This document shows, in pieces, positions 28,801 to 42,100 of a stretch of DNA of 64,000 bases. Within the stretch, counting starts at the first letter, position 1. Every line of letters begins with the position of its first letter. Source of the stretch: Trichoplax sp. H2. Its lineage: Eukaryota. The position numbers were made by a program, and so were the translations under genes. Location: positions 1 to 64,000 of the forward strand of contig NOWV01000140.1 of assembly GCA_003344405.1 (NCBI GenBank). Direction: 5' to 3'. The notes under the pieces are model-generated. The model was given only the letters and a program-made list of their open reading frames with translations, did not search any database and was not told the DNA's origin.

Positions 28801-31800
28801 CTGACCTCCCAAATCGGTCAATTTTCCATAGCGATCATCGGTGTCGCCTTCAATTTTGCCCTTTAAACCGGTCAGTGTTCGCATAAATTCTTCATAGATT
28901 ACAATCTTGTCACCTGGCTTTGGCATTGAATCTCTCGTTGGCTCTATATCATTATCGGGAATAGCTGTAGATGAATTTAGATTGATATTTTTCGACATGC
29001 GATTTTTAACTAATTCCATTTTTGGCTCTTTTGCCGTAAATGTAACCATGTGGCTTCCATCTTCCTCTATTTTCCGCATGCTTTGGCAATTAATGACGGT
29101 CTCTTCATTATCGATTAGAATATCTGTTTGGTCTAATAAATAAGTTGAATTTTCTTCATCTTGAACATTCGAGTTATTAATATTCATTGTATTTTTTAAC
29201 TGTTCGATTACTATCAAGACCTTTTTATGTAATATCATTCGAAAATCAGCTTCTGTCTTATCAAACATATTAAATATGATCAGATTTGACAATTTCTTAA
29301 CTTCGTCCGCAATAATAGTTTCGCTAGTAAAAGTGATATATCCATTATTTATGAATGCACTTATAATAGATGTTTTACCAACATTTTCAGGACCAGCAAT
29401 AACAATTTTGGTAAAATCATTGCGACACTTTCCGATTTTCAACGCCTTGTCATAAGCCGATAAATATTCTTTATTATCTATAGCTAGCGATAAAAAGATG
29501 TTGGCAGAATTATGAATTAGATAAGCTTGAGAAATACTCTGCTATTAGCCAGTATCAATTAACATTGTAAATTTAATTCTTAAGCTATTTCTAGCGAGTT
29601 ATTTTACATAACATTGCCAATATTGCAATACATTATCGTAGGATTAGTATATAATATCTTCATTATCTTACTTTTAGAATCTTCATCATTTTCTCCATCA
29701 AAATTTGCAATGATGTTTTCAAGACTAAGATCTATTTTAATGAATCCATAATGAACAAGGTTATTATTACGACTTATACGAATTAGAAATTAAAATATTT
29801 ACCTAGTAGAATTTCCGCAACGTAATTGGATAATAGTGAATTTGATTGATTTTGAAGTAACATTTCATATAGAATATCTGCTGTTTCTTTCCTTTTTAGA
29901 CGGTAGAGACTGGCTATTAATGTTGAAAGGGAATACTGTGAAAGAATTCTCTCCTGCAAATAATTTAGGTTTTGAACGGAAATAGCCAAAAGGGATTGAT
30001 GACTTGAATTTTCGTCCTGTCGGTCAAGATTCCCAGTATCATCAACTGAAAGGCCTAAATACCTTGCTAATTGAAACCATCCATCTGCAATTTTATTTTT
30101 AATGACGGAATAACATTTGTCTAATGGATAAATAAAATTAGCTTCTAAATATTAGATAACGGCCAAATGAATAAACCTACATAGTTTATTGAATTAGGAT
30201 TCCCTTAGCAAAATTGCTTATAAAAACCATTCATATACTTTTATAACTAGTCGCACTAATTTTTACGGTGTGAAGATAAAAAAAATTGACAGCAACAATA
30301 ATGTATACTAATATTGAAAGGCTATTAACATTGTAAGTAGCCTAGTAGAACTAACCAACAAATTCCTTTATTGCTTTATCTTCTTCATTTTTCATGCTTA
30401 CGGAACTTGCACCACTTGTTGCTCTATATTCGTTATATTCTGCGCCTACAGTATACGTACAATATTAGAACAAACTTAAGTAACATTTGCTTACTATAAT
30501 AGTTTACTCTAATATTTTTTAACTAAAAATTAATGAAATTGTAGCATAATTATCAAAATTAGCAAATACACTAGTGGATACCAATACGAAAGGATCATCC
30601 TATGGATGGGAAGGACTTTGATAACACAAAGTTACTGTAATATCTCTCTTATTTGAATAAATGATTGTTTAATGTACTAATAATGCCTAATGCAACATTT
30701 TATATATGTACAGTATATGTTGAATTCTTTGCATAATAATTAAACTAAGAACCAACCAATAAAACTATCGCTCTTTAATTACTGAAACACTTTGCCAATC
30801 AATTAATATGGATACTCTGCGCAATATTATTGTTATATTCATGTTATAGTGTTTACTGCTGATGTAATAACTAACATTAGTCTTAATTGTTAAGATTTAG
30901 ATATGACTGCTTATTTAATGTAATTATCGATATTTAGTAACTTATAATAAATATGAGTACGTAATAAAAAACAGTATTTAAGGCTGTGCAAGCTAAGCAC
31001 GAGAGAGAGTTATTACGAAGAGTTGTAGATTAGATCGGATCTTGTTACTCGTTGGTAAGATATCGCTATTAATTTAGTTTTGTTCAATTACTCGTTGGTA
31101 ACTTCTATTTTATAACTAATAAATTGTATATAGCCAAATGTAGATTCTGTTTTTATTATTTATTACCAGATCCCAACAATTATAAAATGTAAAGAGCTCT
31201 TAAAACGATCGATCATGTTTTTATTTTTAAGCCTGCGTATATATAATTAAGTAAATAGATCTGGATGGAAGATTATCTTGTTGACAACTAGAAAAGAAGT
31301 AGTGCAATCAATGCCATACTGGTACGCAATCTTACAATATATGTGGTTTTTGTTAATTCTTTTTTTGTCTTGCATACTGAGTTATATTTTTACATATTAA
31401 ATCATTTTCGTTGTCTATGCACAAAAACACTTTATGAAGGTATTGGATAGCGGACAAATTACGATTTTGCATACAAATACAGAAATTACCTTCTGATGTT
31501 GATGTAGAAAGATTGATAATGAGTGACTGATTGATTTTGTCATTTTGTAAAGGAAGGTGAATCATTTTTGATGTTTGTGGTATAGCAGCGGCCTTTCTGT
31601 TTTTTTGTTTTTGATTATTACATTGAGTAATTTTTTCTTTAGCCCTGGCAATTTGAGGGTGACTTTTTCCATAAAGATTGCTTAGGCTAGTGATAGATTT
31701 ATTATAGAATAAGATTGCTTGATCATAATTAGATTTTCGATAATGGACATGTGCTTGATTTCGAAAGGAAAGCGCTGTATTAGGATGATTGTTACCTAGG

Positions 31801-32822
31801 GTTTTCAAGTAGACTTGCGATGCCTTGTCATACATAGATAGCGCCTCATCGTATTTCTTTTGCTTATCATAGACGAACCCAATATTGTTATACGTTGTAG
31901 CAATACTTGGATGATTTTCATCAAGCTGTGACTTTTTAATCTCTAGTGATTTGTTATACATTGATAGAGCATCATCATACTTGCTTTGATTCAAATAGAC
32001 ACTTGCAATGTTGCCATATGTTGTAGCAATACTTGGATGACAGTCGCCAAGTTGTTTTAGTTCAATCTCCAGCGATTTGTTATACATTGATATAGCATCA
32101 TTATACTTGCCTTGATGATCATAGATTTGCCCAGTGTTACTATATGTTGTAGCAACACTTGGATGATTATCACCAAGTTTTTCTAGTTGAACTTCTAGTG
32201 CTTTGCTATTCATTGATAGAGCATCATCATACTTGCCTTGCTTAATATAAATATTTGCAATGTTACCATATAATGCAGCAGTATCTGGATGCTTGGCGTC
32301 AATTTTCAGGTTAATCTCCAACGATTTGAGATACATGTCCAAAGCCTTATCATATTTACCTTGGTCAAAGTAGGCTACGCCAATTTTACAATATGACTCG
32401 CTGACATTAACATGCTCTTTTTCTGGAAATTCTAATTTCATTTCAAGCGATTTGTTATAATCACTCAAAGCGCCAATCAGATCACCTTGTAATCGTTTAA
32501 TATCCCCCTGGTTATCTAAGCATTGAGAAATTCTCTTTTGATCTTTTATTTCCTTGGCTAATTTCTCTGCTTTTCCTCTCCATTTGTTTGCTTCCATTAG
32601 TTCACTTTTTTCCCGAAAAGAATTAGCCATATCAAGATAAATATCACATTCAAGTCGAACATGATCCTGGCTAATTTTCGGTATAGATTCAATTTGAATT
32701 GCAGCCTGTTGATAATAAGTTAATGCGAGCTTATAATTGCCTTTCTTATGACATTTTCGACCACTTTCGTGTTTAAATTGAATTTCCTTGAAGCTAGTCG
32801 ATTTGGAAGTCCAAATGCCCAT
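25861..32822 (-). CDS. Roco-family protein: TPR array - death domain - Roc GTPase - COR - CxxC/CxxC - death domain (7 exons, ~1492 aa)
   Basis: Exons on the minus strand: 32822-31490, 30445-30356, 30120-29803, 29731-29672, 29483-27204, 26653-26573, 26177-25861. All are GT-AG, in frame and phase 1. P-loop GPENVGKTS, G3 DLGGQAIY, Roc-type G4 ASHGD. COR hallmarks IPIRW, LLYLRDIGEIVF, VTNLDWL, YFVPYLL, IPMGIFH. Death-like W..LARYLGLS and LGLTIQEIDEI...LLLWKEK. 42-aa TPRs HPSIATTYGNIASVY..QGKYDDALSMYNKSLEI. Confidence 0.8.
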
Positions 32823-33659
32823 ATTACACTTTTCAGCAACAACAAAGCAGGTAGTTTAAGAAAATAGTTACAAATTCTTCGCTTGCTACTAGCTTCCAAT
32901 TTTGATATTTGTACGAAAATTAATATTATAGAGATATTATACCATCTGAAATGGATATTTCTTCCGCATTCGATCAAGACTTCAACGTCTATTTCAGTTA
33001 ATAACCTACACCAATCCTCAAAATTAGGTACGCCTTCGTTCGTTAACGGTCATTAATTATTCGTCAATTATTCGTCAACTATTCTTTTACAATTAATAGA
33101 GACAAAATAAACTAAATTGCCCAGACCCTCTTATCAACTCTTCTATTTATTCTCTTTTCTACTTTAATAATGTAAGGAATTAGTGATTATAATAATAATT
33201 GAAAATGATCATTACCATAATACTGGCACTGAAATAAATGAATCGCTTCGCATAAGATAAATAGACGATCAACAAAGGTAAACAAAAGGAGATCGTTATC
33301 ATATAATATAATATAATTCATTTCTTTCATGCAAATAATGGATAAATTAATTTGCATACTTGACAGACTTTCGTTGCAAATTACTACTGCGCTCTACTCA
33401 AATTTTATGGATCGCCAGCAGCTTTTAAGTACAGTATTTCCCATCGTTGCCTTGTAGCAATGCCAATTAAGACTATTTCATTATTGATTTTCTTGATCGC
33501 AAGTCAACTTGTTTGATTCGAGTTCATGCTTTCAGATTTGTAAAAGAATAAAGAAATAAAGTGTGTTAAAATAAACTTAGAGGATTATTTTCTCCATTAC
33601 AGTAAGACTGAAATGTCTATTCGCATAGAAAATAACGGTATGAGTCTTGCAAAGTACGG

Positions 33660-34690
33660 TATCTTAGGGTTAATGACTGATTGATTTATGGTATCTTGTT
33701 GTAAAGGGTGATGAATGATTTTGGAGGCTTGTGGTATAGCCGCAGCCTTCTCAATTTCTTATAGTTGATGGTGACATTGAACAATTTGTTTTTCATCTTT
33801 GACAATTTGAGGGTGATTTTCTCCATAGAGATGGCGAAGGCTATTGATGGACTTTTTGATAGAACGAGATTGCTTGACGATAATTAGATTGCTGATAGTT
33901 GACTTGAGCTTGATTTCGAAAGGAAAGTGCCGTATCAGGATGATTTTCGCCTAGTGTTGCTAAGCGAATTCGAACAGATTTCTTATACATGGATAGTGCA
34001 TCGTTGAAGTTGTCTAGCTTATAATATGTAAGTCCAATGTTACATGTTGTAGCAATTCTTGGATGATTATCACCAAGTTGCGCTTGTTCAACTTTCAGCG
34101 ATTCCTTGTATACTGATAGTGCGTCATCATATTTGCCTAGATAATAATAAACTAGCCCAATTCCATTGTATACTGTTGCAATACTTGGATGATTATTGCC
34201 AAGATGGGCTAATTTAATTTTGAGTGATTTGTTATACATAGATAGGGCCTCATCATACTTGCCTTGCTTACTATAAACAAGTCCGATGTTGCCATATAAT
34301 GTAGCAATTTCGAGATGATCATCACCAAGTTGTTCTAGTTTAATCTGCAATAATTTATTGTAACTATTAGAGCGTCATCATATTTGCCTTGTTCCTCATA
34401 GCCACTTCGTCTAGCAGTTTCTTACTTAATATGTCAGCTATTTCTCTCCGAAGACTAGCTTTCATCAATTCATTTTCTTTTAGATAACAGTTAGCCATGT
34501 CGAAATAAAGATCATATTCAAGATAAAGACGACTCTCGCTGCTCTCTTGTATCGATTGGATTTGAGTTGCAGCTTGTTGATAATAAAATAATGTGCGTTC
34601 ATAATAGCTTTTCTTATCAAATTTTACGCCCGTTTCGTATACAGATTTAATTTCGTCAAGGGTAGTCGATTTGATACTTTGATCGTCCAT
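33660..34690 (-). pseudogene. Frameshifted paralogue of the TPR exon of the Roco gene
   Basis: N-terminus (YYQQAATQIQSI...LEYDLYFDMAN) matches 32822 onward (YYQQAAIQIESI...LECDIYLDMAN). Internal deletion and frameshifts at ~34350-34400, another frameshift at ~33855. It continues LRHLYGENHPQI...QL*EIEKAAAIPQASKIIHHPLQQDTINQS versus intact LSNLYGKSHPQI...KAAAIPQTSKMIHLPLQNDKINQS. Confidence 0.85.
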
Positions 34691-36166
34691 ATTTCACATT
34701 GGAGCTGTACTGAAGTGTCACGAAGCAGCCTTTGTGAACAGACCAAAACTTTACTATCTACTCTAAGTTGATCTTAGTTTAACTCTCAAAGACCTACAAC
34801 GGAGGAAACTAACCTATTGCTGTATTTACTGCTAGCTAGAGATAAATGGTAGCGTTTACAGTCAAGGTATTTATTGAGCCAGATAACGAAGTAGCGCAGT
34901 GTTCTTTACTACAACCTGATTGAGATTCTCTTTAAAAGTAAGATATCCAGCCTTTTATATAGTTCTATGATTTTACACAGTGCACACTTGTGCCAATGAT
35001 CACAGCACATGAAGCGAACTCCGTAACATGAAGATATGTAGTTTTGGAAAAAGTAGTCATAAATTCTCGATTGGATATAGTTGGTAAAATTGATAGTTAT
35101 CGGAATGAGTAATGAAATAGATGTATAGTATCATGAATGGATGTCTTATATTTTAGAGCAAGATTATAAAAGTCAATCGGCGAGATTGGATAAGCTTGCA
35201 TTAGTTAACCTTCATCAGTCTTTCGTAAATAATACTACTAAAATAAATAGAGGTGAAGTAAATTAAACTGCACAAGTGTCCTTATCAAGACTTCTTTCTT
35301 TCTATCTGCTGACTAATATCAATAATTAATTGAAGTCATGCATGATCACAACTAAAAGTCAGATAATAGCCTAATATTGCCATTCAAATGTTTTTGGTTT
35401 AGAATAAAATGAAGATTGGCGTTAACATAAGTAAAATATTATCGTTACAATGGCATCCATGCATATTAATAACAATGATAAACCAAATAGAGATCTCGCT
35501 CAATTTGTATACTGTAGCTATAAATTAGCACGGTGTTCGACTCAAATTGAGAAGGAGCACCTGTTGCTTTCGACTACTTGCCGTTGTCACCTTGTAAGAA
35601 TAGTAAGCTAAACTATTTCATCAGTTGCTTTCATGGCGGATAGTCTACTTGATAAATTACATACTGCGTTGATCTATTGCTCATGTTTTCACACTTGTAT
35701 AGGAGTGAAGAGATACAGTAAAATGATTAAAGAGATTTAATAGATTTATAAAATTATTTTCTGCTTTACATCAAGGTTGCAAAGTCTATATTCTAATTAG
35801 ATAGGAATTACTTGAATTTTATTTTAATGATCCATGAAATTGCCAATAAAATTTTTTCAGCTTACAGGGAAGTAACGAAAAATTGTTTATATTAGAAAGA
35901 AATTCGTACATACATTTCACTGTTAACAAATACTTAAATAGTGTATTGAGGTCAATGGCTCTTGATTAAAAGAACACATCCCAAACTACTATCAAGTTAT
36001 TTTTATTTATTACTTACTAATACTGCAAACCATAGCTAACCGAAAATCGTAATAAAATTACCGAAATCACTCTAACAATAAAATGAATATATTCTATTCC
36101 ACTAACTACCAATACTATCAAACATATAATATAGGTGTAATTTCACTTAAAATGATTTTATCGAAA

Positions 36167-39100
36167 TTATAAATCAACAGTGTACACCAGATCTGTTCCA
36201 ATGACAAGTTTTTGGCTACCCATAACTAAGACCAATTCGCCGCTTTCTCTATAGAAAGTAGCACCGTCAGCAATTAATATTTTGCCTTCTAGAGGACGTG
36301 ATAAATTAGGCATCCTTCTAGAACCACCAACTGCATCGTTATAATAATACAGTTTAATTTTGTCCGTAGATTCTATTAATAGGGAAAACGGTAATGTACA
36401 TCATCTTAGCATACGATCGCCGGTAAGGCATAATTCGATAGTATTATGATTAACAAGTGTACCTTTAGTTTCAGTAGATATACGACTGATAACATCATTT
36501 ATAGACTCCTTATCACGAATATCGGCGTAAAATGAAAAATACGGTTTGCAGACTTGCGGATTAATAAATTGCACAGTAACCTAGTATAAGATAGTCGTGG
36601 ATTTAAGTATAGTAAGGATTACATGTTATATCATACGAGTGCCAATTATAAAAATTTTATATCTATATACCGCTTCAAAGAAAACAGAGTACGGCCTCCC
36701 AGGCACACTGGTGTCGCGCACTTTACTATCGCTGGCATCATTCACTAATTTTATTTCTAATCCCGTCAGCTGCATTGCAACAAATTTAACAACATCAGTT
36801 AAAATCAAAAGCCTTAACCCAACATTACTGCACGATAAGGCACTTATAACATTTCTATGCAAATGTCATCAACTTGCCTCTAATGACTTTCTAAGGTAAT
36901 TTATATTTTCCTTAAGTATAGTGACTTCATCAAAGGGCATCTTAGTATCTAACGCCTGGACTCCTTCTTTAGCAACACTTTCCTACAGCAGGCGTCGCAA
37001 TTACAAAACAATCAGTTTTTGGATAACTTGATAAGCTATACTAGGAAACTATAATACCTTTAAGAATTGCACAAACGGCATCAATTTTTTCATATTTTTA
37101 GCAACAACTGGATCACCCTTAAATTTAGCTAAGACTGTTTTATTTTCTGGGAAGGTGTTTTCATTCTATAATCATTAATGAGACATAATAAACAAAGTTA
37201 TTCTACAATTAGACTTTAAAATATTTTATCTATAACATAAAACCTACCTTCTCGTATTCTATCTTTAAAAATTTTAATATTAGTTCTTGCCAAGCAGGAT
37301 ATGTTTGTGCAACGAAAAGAGTTCCATGTGTTGGCTTAGCAGTTGCTTTAGCTGCCTGCTTACCTTTCTAATGATTACGTAATATCAGCATATAAGCAAG
37401 CTAATATCTATTGCACCTCCTAGAATTTAAACGAAACCAAAAACATTTAAATAACAATTTACCTTCAGTGCCAAAGCAATTTGATTCTTGATTCGTAAAC
37501 GGAAATCATGTGCACCGTTCATAAGATAGTCAGAAGCCCGCAATAAAATTTTATCTACAGGCCCAGCAGTAGGCCAAGCTGCGGACATAATACTACCCTT
37601 CTATATAAAATAAATACGTGATTTCAATTAGAAGCACTGTCTACCTTTGTTAAAGTAGCCAAAATTTTGACTTTTACGAAAAACTAATGGAAATCGAACT
37701 ACAAACCTTCCCAATCAACGCCCAAACATGTTCACATAAGTGAGGGCATATAGGAGCCAATAAAAGAATTTGCACCTTAATAAATAATAAGGAACAAAAT
37801 GTCAATCAACTGGATACTTAGAATCATGGGTAATAGCGTTAATTTGGGTTGCTTGTTCTACTTCGACTATATTTCATTAAAATATTCAAAATCCTCACCT
37901 CAATAAATCTAAATATCATATCTTTATGCATTCCTTCCACTGCAACTTCTCTGTATTTATCCCTAAAAGACTGTGAAGAAGAATAAATACTATAGTTTAA
38001 CAGTCTACCGTAAAAAAATACGAATGACTGAAAAATTAATGCCTTATTTGAAAAAAATATACCTGCAACTCGTAAAAGCCTGTCTTGAGAGCCTCTCGAA
38101 ATTGCATTTGCTCATAATTGCGATCAGTCTGAATTATCGCGCTATTTATTTCACTATAATGGTGATAAATGTGAACGCAATAGTATCAACTTTTCTATAA
38201 GTTTAGGTTAAAATCATTTTAAACGAATGTCCGATATTACCTTGAAAAGACTTTATCGTTAAAGGTATCCATTGGCCCAGTCCTTAATTCATTCTGTTTT
38301 GCTAGTTCGAGCATATCCTAACAATATAAATCAGCACAAATGTAAGCACTACACTTTATATTATGTCAGCTAAAAAAAATCATACCTTTGTCCATTCTAG
38401 GAACGTATATAATCTCAAAATGCCACCATCGGCCATTTTTTCAACAAAATTTGCGTCTTCAACGCTATCACCAGCATCTGCAAGAGCAAGTCTCATTCCT
38501 ACAATTAATGAGATAGCATAAAATTTAACGAGAAAGCAATGGTACTAGATCTAAGAATAGCAATAAATAAAATTATCTACTAAGCGCATACCATCGGCGG
38601 AAAATCTGTCAACGCTTTCAAATAAAGTTAAAAAATTCCCAGTTTGCTTCGACATCTGTAAGTAAAATGAATAGGCTTAATATACAATGCGCATGTGGAT
38701 ATTATCAAAAAACACTGCATATATGTCTTAAGGAATTACCTTTTCCGAATTTAGCAATAAATGCCCATTAATTCGTAGATTACCGGGCCAACTTTTAGAT
38801 ACCAAAAATGATACATTAGTATTACAAACAATGTTATTGATCAGAAAAGTAAAGAATCACTAATTAATATAATGAATTGCTAGTTTACCGATGAGGTTCA
38901 TCAGGCCATATTGCCACGTGATTGAACAGTAAATATGTCAAATGATTGGGTAATAGGTCTTTACCGGAAGATCTTAAATCAAATCCGTACCAGTACTGAA
39001 ATTCCTGCTTTAATTTCCTATGTAACAGCATCATCATTTTTGTGAATTAATCATCAGAAAAACTCCAGGGCCATTCATTCAAATAGTATTTTATACAGTT

Positions 39101-42100
39101 TCTTAACATAGACAGATAAAACAACATGTGTACATACTTCAAACTATCTAGAGGAATGTCGGTTTGCGGTACTTCCGCATTATCATGAAATATATAATCC
39201 CAGATCTCAGGAGTCATTTGATCGGCCCTATCACAAATTTTAATATATGCAATTACAACATCAAATCGTTCAAGTATACAGATTATTTAATATCAAGTTG
39301 ATATAACATACTTTATATTTAGTGGGCTTTCACCGGATCCATCAAAGACACCGCCTTGCAGCAAATGACAAACCGTATAAAATGCCATGTAAATAGTGGA
39401 ATCAGATAATGATTCGATTAAATATTGCTGATCACACGGAAGTAAAGTTCCAAGGCCGTACGATCGCGAGCATGCATATTCATGTAATTCAGTAATGGTG
39501 CGTTCAAACCCCTTGCGAGAATTTTCGGGATAGCTATACATAAGTAAACGTAAAGACAATTAATTTAATATCGATAACTATACGCGCTACTTGAAAATAT
39601 TTAATAAATTTAGATTAACTCTTACGTATTAACTCGCTCAAGGCATTTGCGAGCTAAAGCTTTCCAGGAATCATCGCCATAGTCTAAATACCTATTGTTG
39701 ATAATTATTTCTTTAAGATATTCTCCATCATTGAAATAGTTGAAGTTGTTTAACTTACCATTGATCACATAACGCCATGACACATTCATCCCCTGATCGT
39801 GACATTACTTTCTTCTCCGTTTCCATGTATATTACTGCTCCATTCTGATATATTTAATTATAAGTATTAGCTAATGATACGCAAAGTTTAGGAAACTTTT
39901 TTCACAATACTGCCATTTCAATCAAAATTTATTAACCGTATCGACTAGTAATTTCTGTATCTTTTTCTTAATGTCTTGAACTTTTTGTCCTTTGAAATCA
40001 CCAACTAACATTACCTAAGTATTAAGAGGAGTTAGGAATAAAGTATCTTCTATGAAAGAATATTCACCAATTACATTATCGTCCGTTCATCAGAGTAGAT
40101 AATTAACCAAAATTAATTCCTTAATCTTATTTAGCATTTATGTTACTTTTTTACCCCATGATAAAATCCGCCAAGATATGTCATTTCCTTGGCCTTCGCT
40201 AACTTCTCCTTATCATTTTGGCTAGTAATTTTTAATTTTTCATACGCAGCAACAGCACTTAAATCACCGAACTCAGGGACGTTCATAATGGGAACCTAAA
40301 GTGTTATAATGGTTAACAAATAGTTTACAGTAATTGCCTAATAATAGTAATTGATAACCAATAAACATCATCTCTTACGGGATCAAATGGGAGTACTTTA
40401 TCATCCGATAAATTGAATTTAGCCCTAAGATCCTATATATTAATTCAAGAGTAAAATCTTTGTTGAATACACAGATGTATTCCTTTAAAAGCTATTTTTA
40501 ATAGGGTGCATTAATCTGAATGCATTCGTTAAATGTGTATGCACACTGTATGTTATGGATATATATTCCATTCCTGAATACGGTAATAGTAAATAAAATC
40601 AAAATTGAGAATTTTAAACGACAATAGCATTGTTGTCTTACTTTTTTTCTCTTGATATCGCAAAGAGCAGCGTAATCATCAGTTGAATCTGACGGAACAG
40701 ATGTTACAATTCCAGTACCTATACCAAAAGATATCCAAAGGCTGTTAAATTGCCTTACGAAATATGATTACTAAAGATACCATTTCCGCTGACCTTTTCC
40801 TTCTAGAATGGTAAACATTGGCCAAGCATAAACTTTCTCATATGAAGACAACGGAGCCTTCAATCCAGCGCCGATAAGGTCCTATATGTTGACACAGAGT
40901 ATTTATCTTAGGCTTTGTTTAGTCTACAACAGTAAATGTATAAGATTTTTATTAGCAGCACTTACCTCTCCAATTAATTTTTCAACAACATCAATTACTC
41001 CTTCTTCTGGGGTAAACCCTTGATAGGAAATGTTTCTGGCAGCGCGATGGGTGGATACGTAAATTTCGTCGTTATTAACACGGTAAGCTATATACTAGAT
41101 AGGTTAAAAGTATAAAAAGTTAGACTTAAAGAATGCAATATAAATACCTATCCACTGCTAATGTAGTACATGTGCCAACTACACAGTGCTGCATACAAGC
41201 ACGTAAATCAACATGTTACGCTGCTTGTATCTATTGTATAAATCAATACATAGCATTGCCAATTCGTTTTCATTAAGCAGTATCCAGAATTTTTAATCTT
41301 TGTCAACTTTTCAAGTGTTGCTTGCTTTATGGCAATCAATACTTACCTCCATATCTGGCCTAACCCAGCAATTTGTCTGGCCATACATTGTTTCCGGTCT
41401 CAAAGTTGCTGCGATAAAAAAAACTGGCTTGTCTATAAGTTTCCTATTGATTAAATTAAATTTATATTACGACACTAATTGCATCAGTAAATACTATTCA
41501 TAAATGTCTTTTGCGTACCTTAATTTTTCATTTTCACTGCTAACTACCTTCATCTTAATTAACGTATATTCTTGTCCGCCAACATTCTATAGAAATTATA
41601 TAATATCTGTAAATGATATTATGCATAAACATGGCAATCGCTTGCAACCTGAGAATAAACTTTTAAGTATGTAAACAGGATCGATCAATTATTTTGCTAA
41701 GATACTCTACAACAGTCAATCATAAAGAATTCGGTATTATTACCTCTCCACTAGCGCGATCATGATCCATACAAGGTTGACCATCCTTGGGTGAATATAC
41801 TGTGTATCTGTTTTTGTTAAAATAATAGCAGACTTAGCAAGGAATACCGAATAAATTTCATAATATATATCTCGTTTCAAACTTTTTCATGTCAAGATCC
41901 TACTCAGCAATATAGACAAAGATCATTAAACCTCTTTCCAAATTTCACTTTTCCTTGCTCTTTCAGTCTTATAAATTGCCAACGAACAAACGAATTATAA
42001 TATGGATTAGCATCAGTCGTTATAAAACTCCTTCTCCAGTCGACCTAAATTTTAAATTGCACGATCGTGTCTTAATTTAGTAACACTAGGCAACCAGTAC

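Noticed and set aside
27558-29143. Plus-strand ORFs overlapping the Roc-COR exon, and similar antisense ORFs over LARS and GEMIN5 exons
   Set aside because: These are antisense shadows of real coding exons with no independent support.
40075-40100. CTGATGA on the minus strand in a LARS intron (hammerhead ribozyme or C/D snoRNA core)
   Set aside because: No downstream GAAA with stem II, and no matching C/D box pair with terminal stem. TTGATGA in the 23.5-kb satellite fails the same test.
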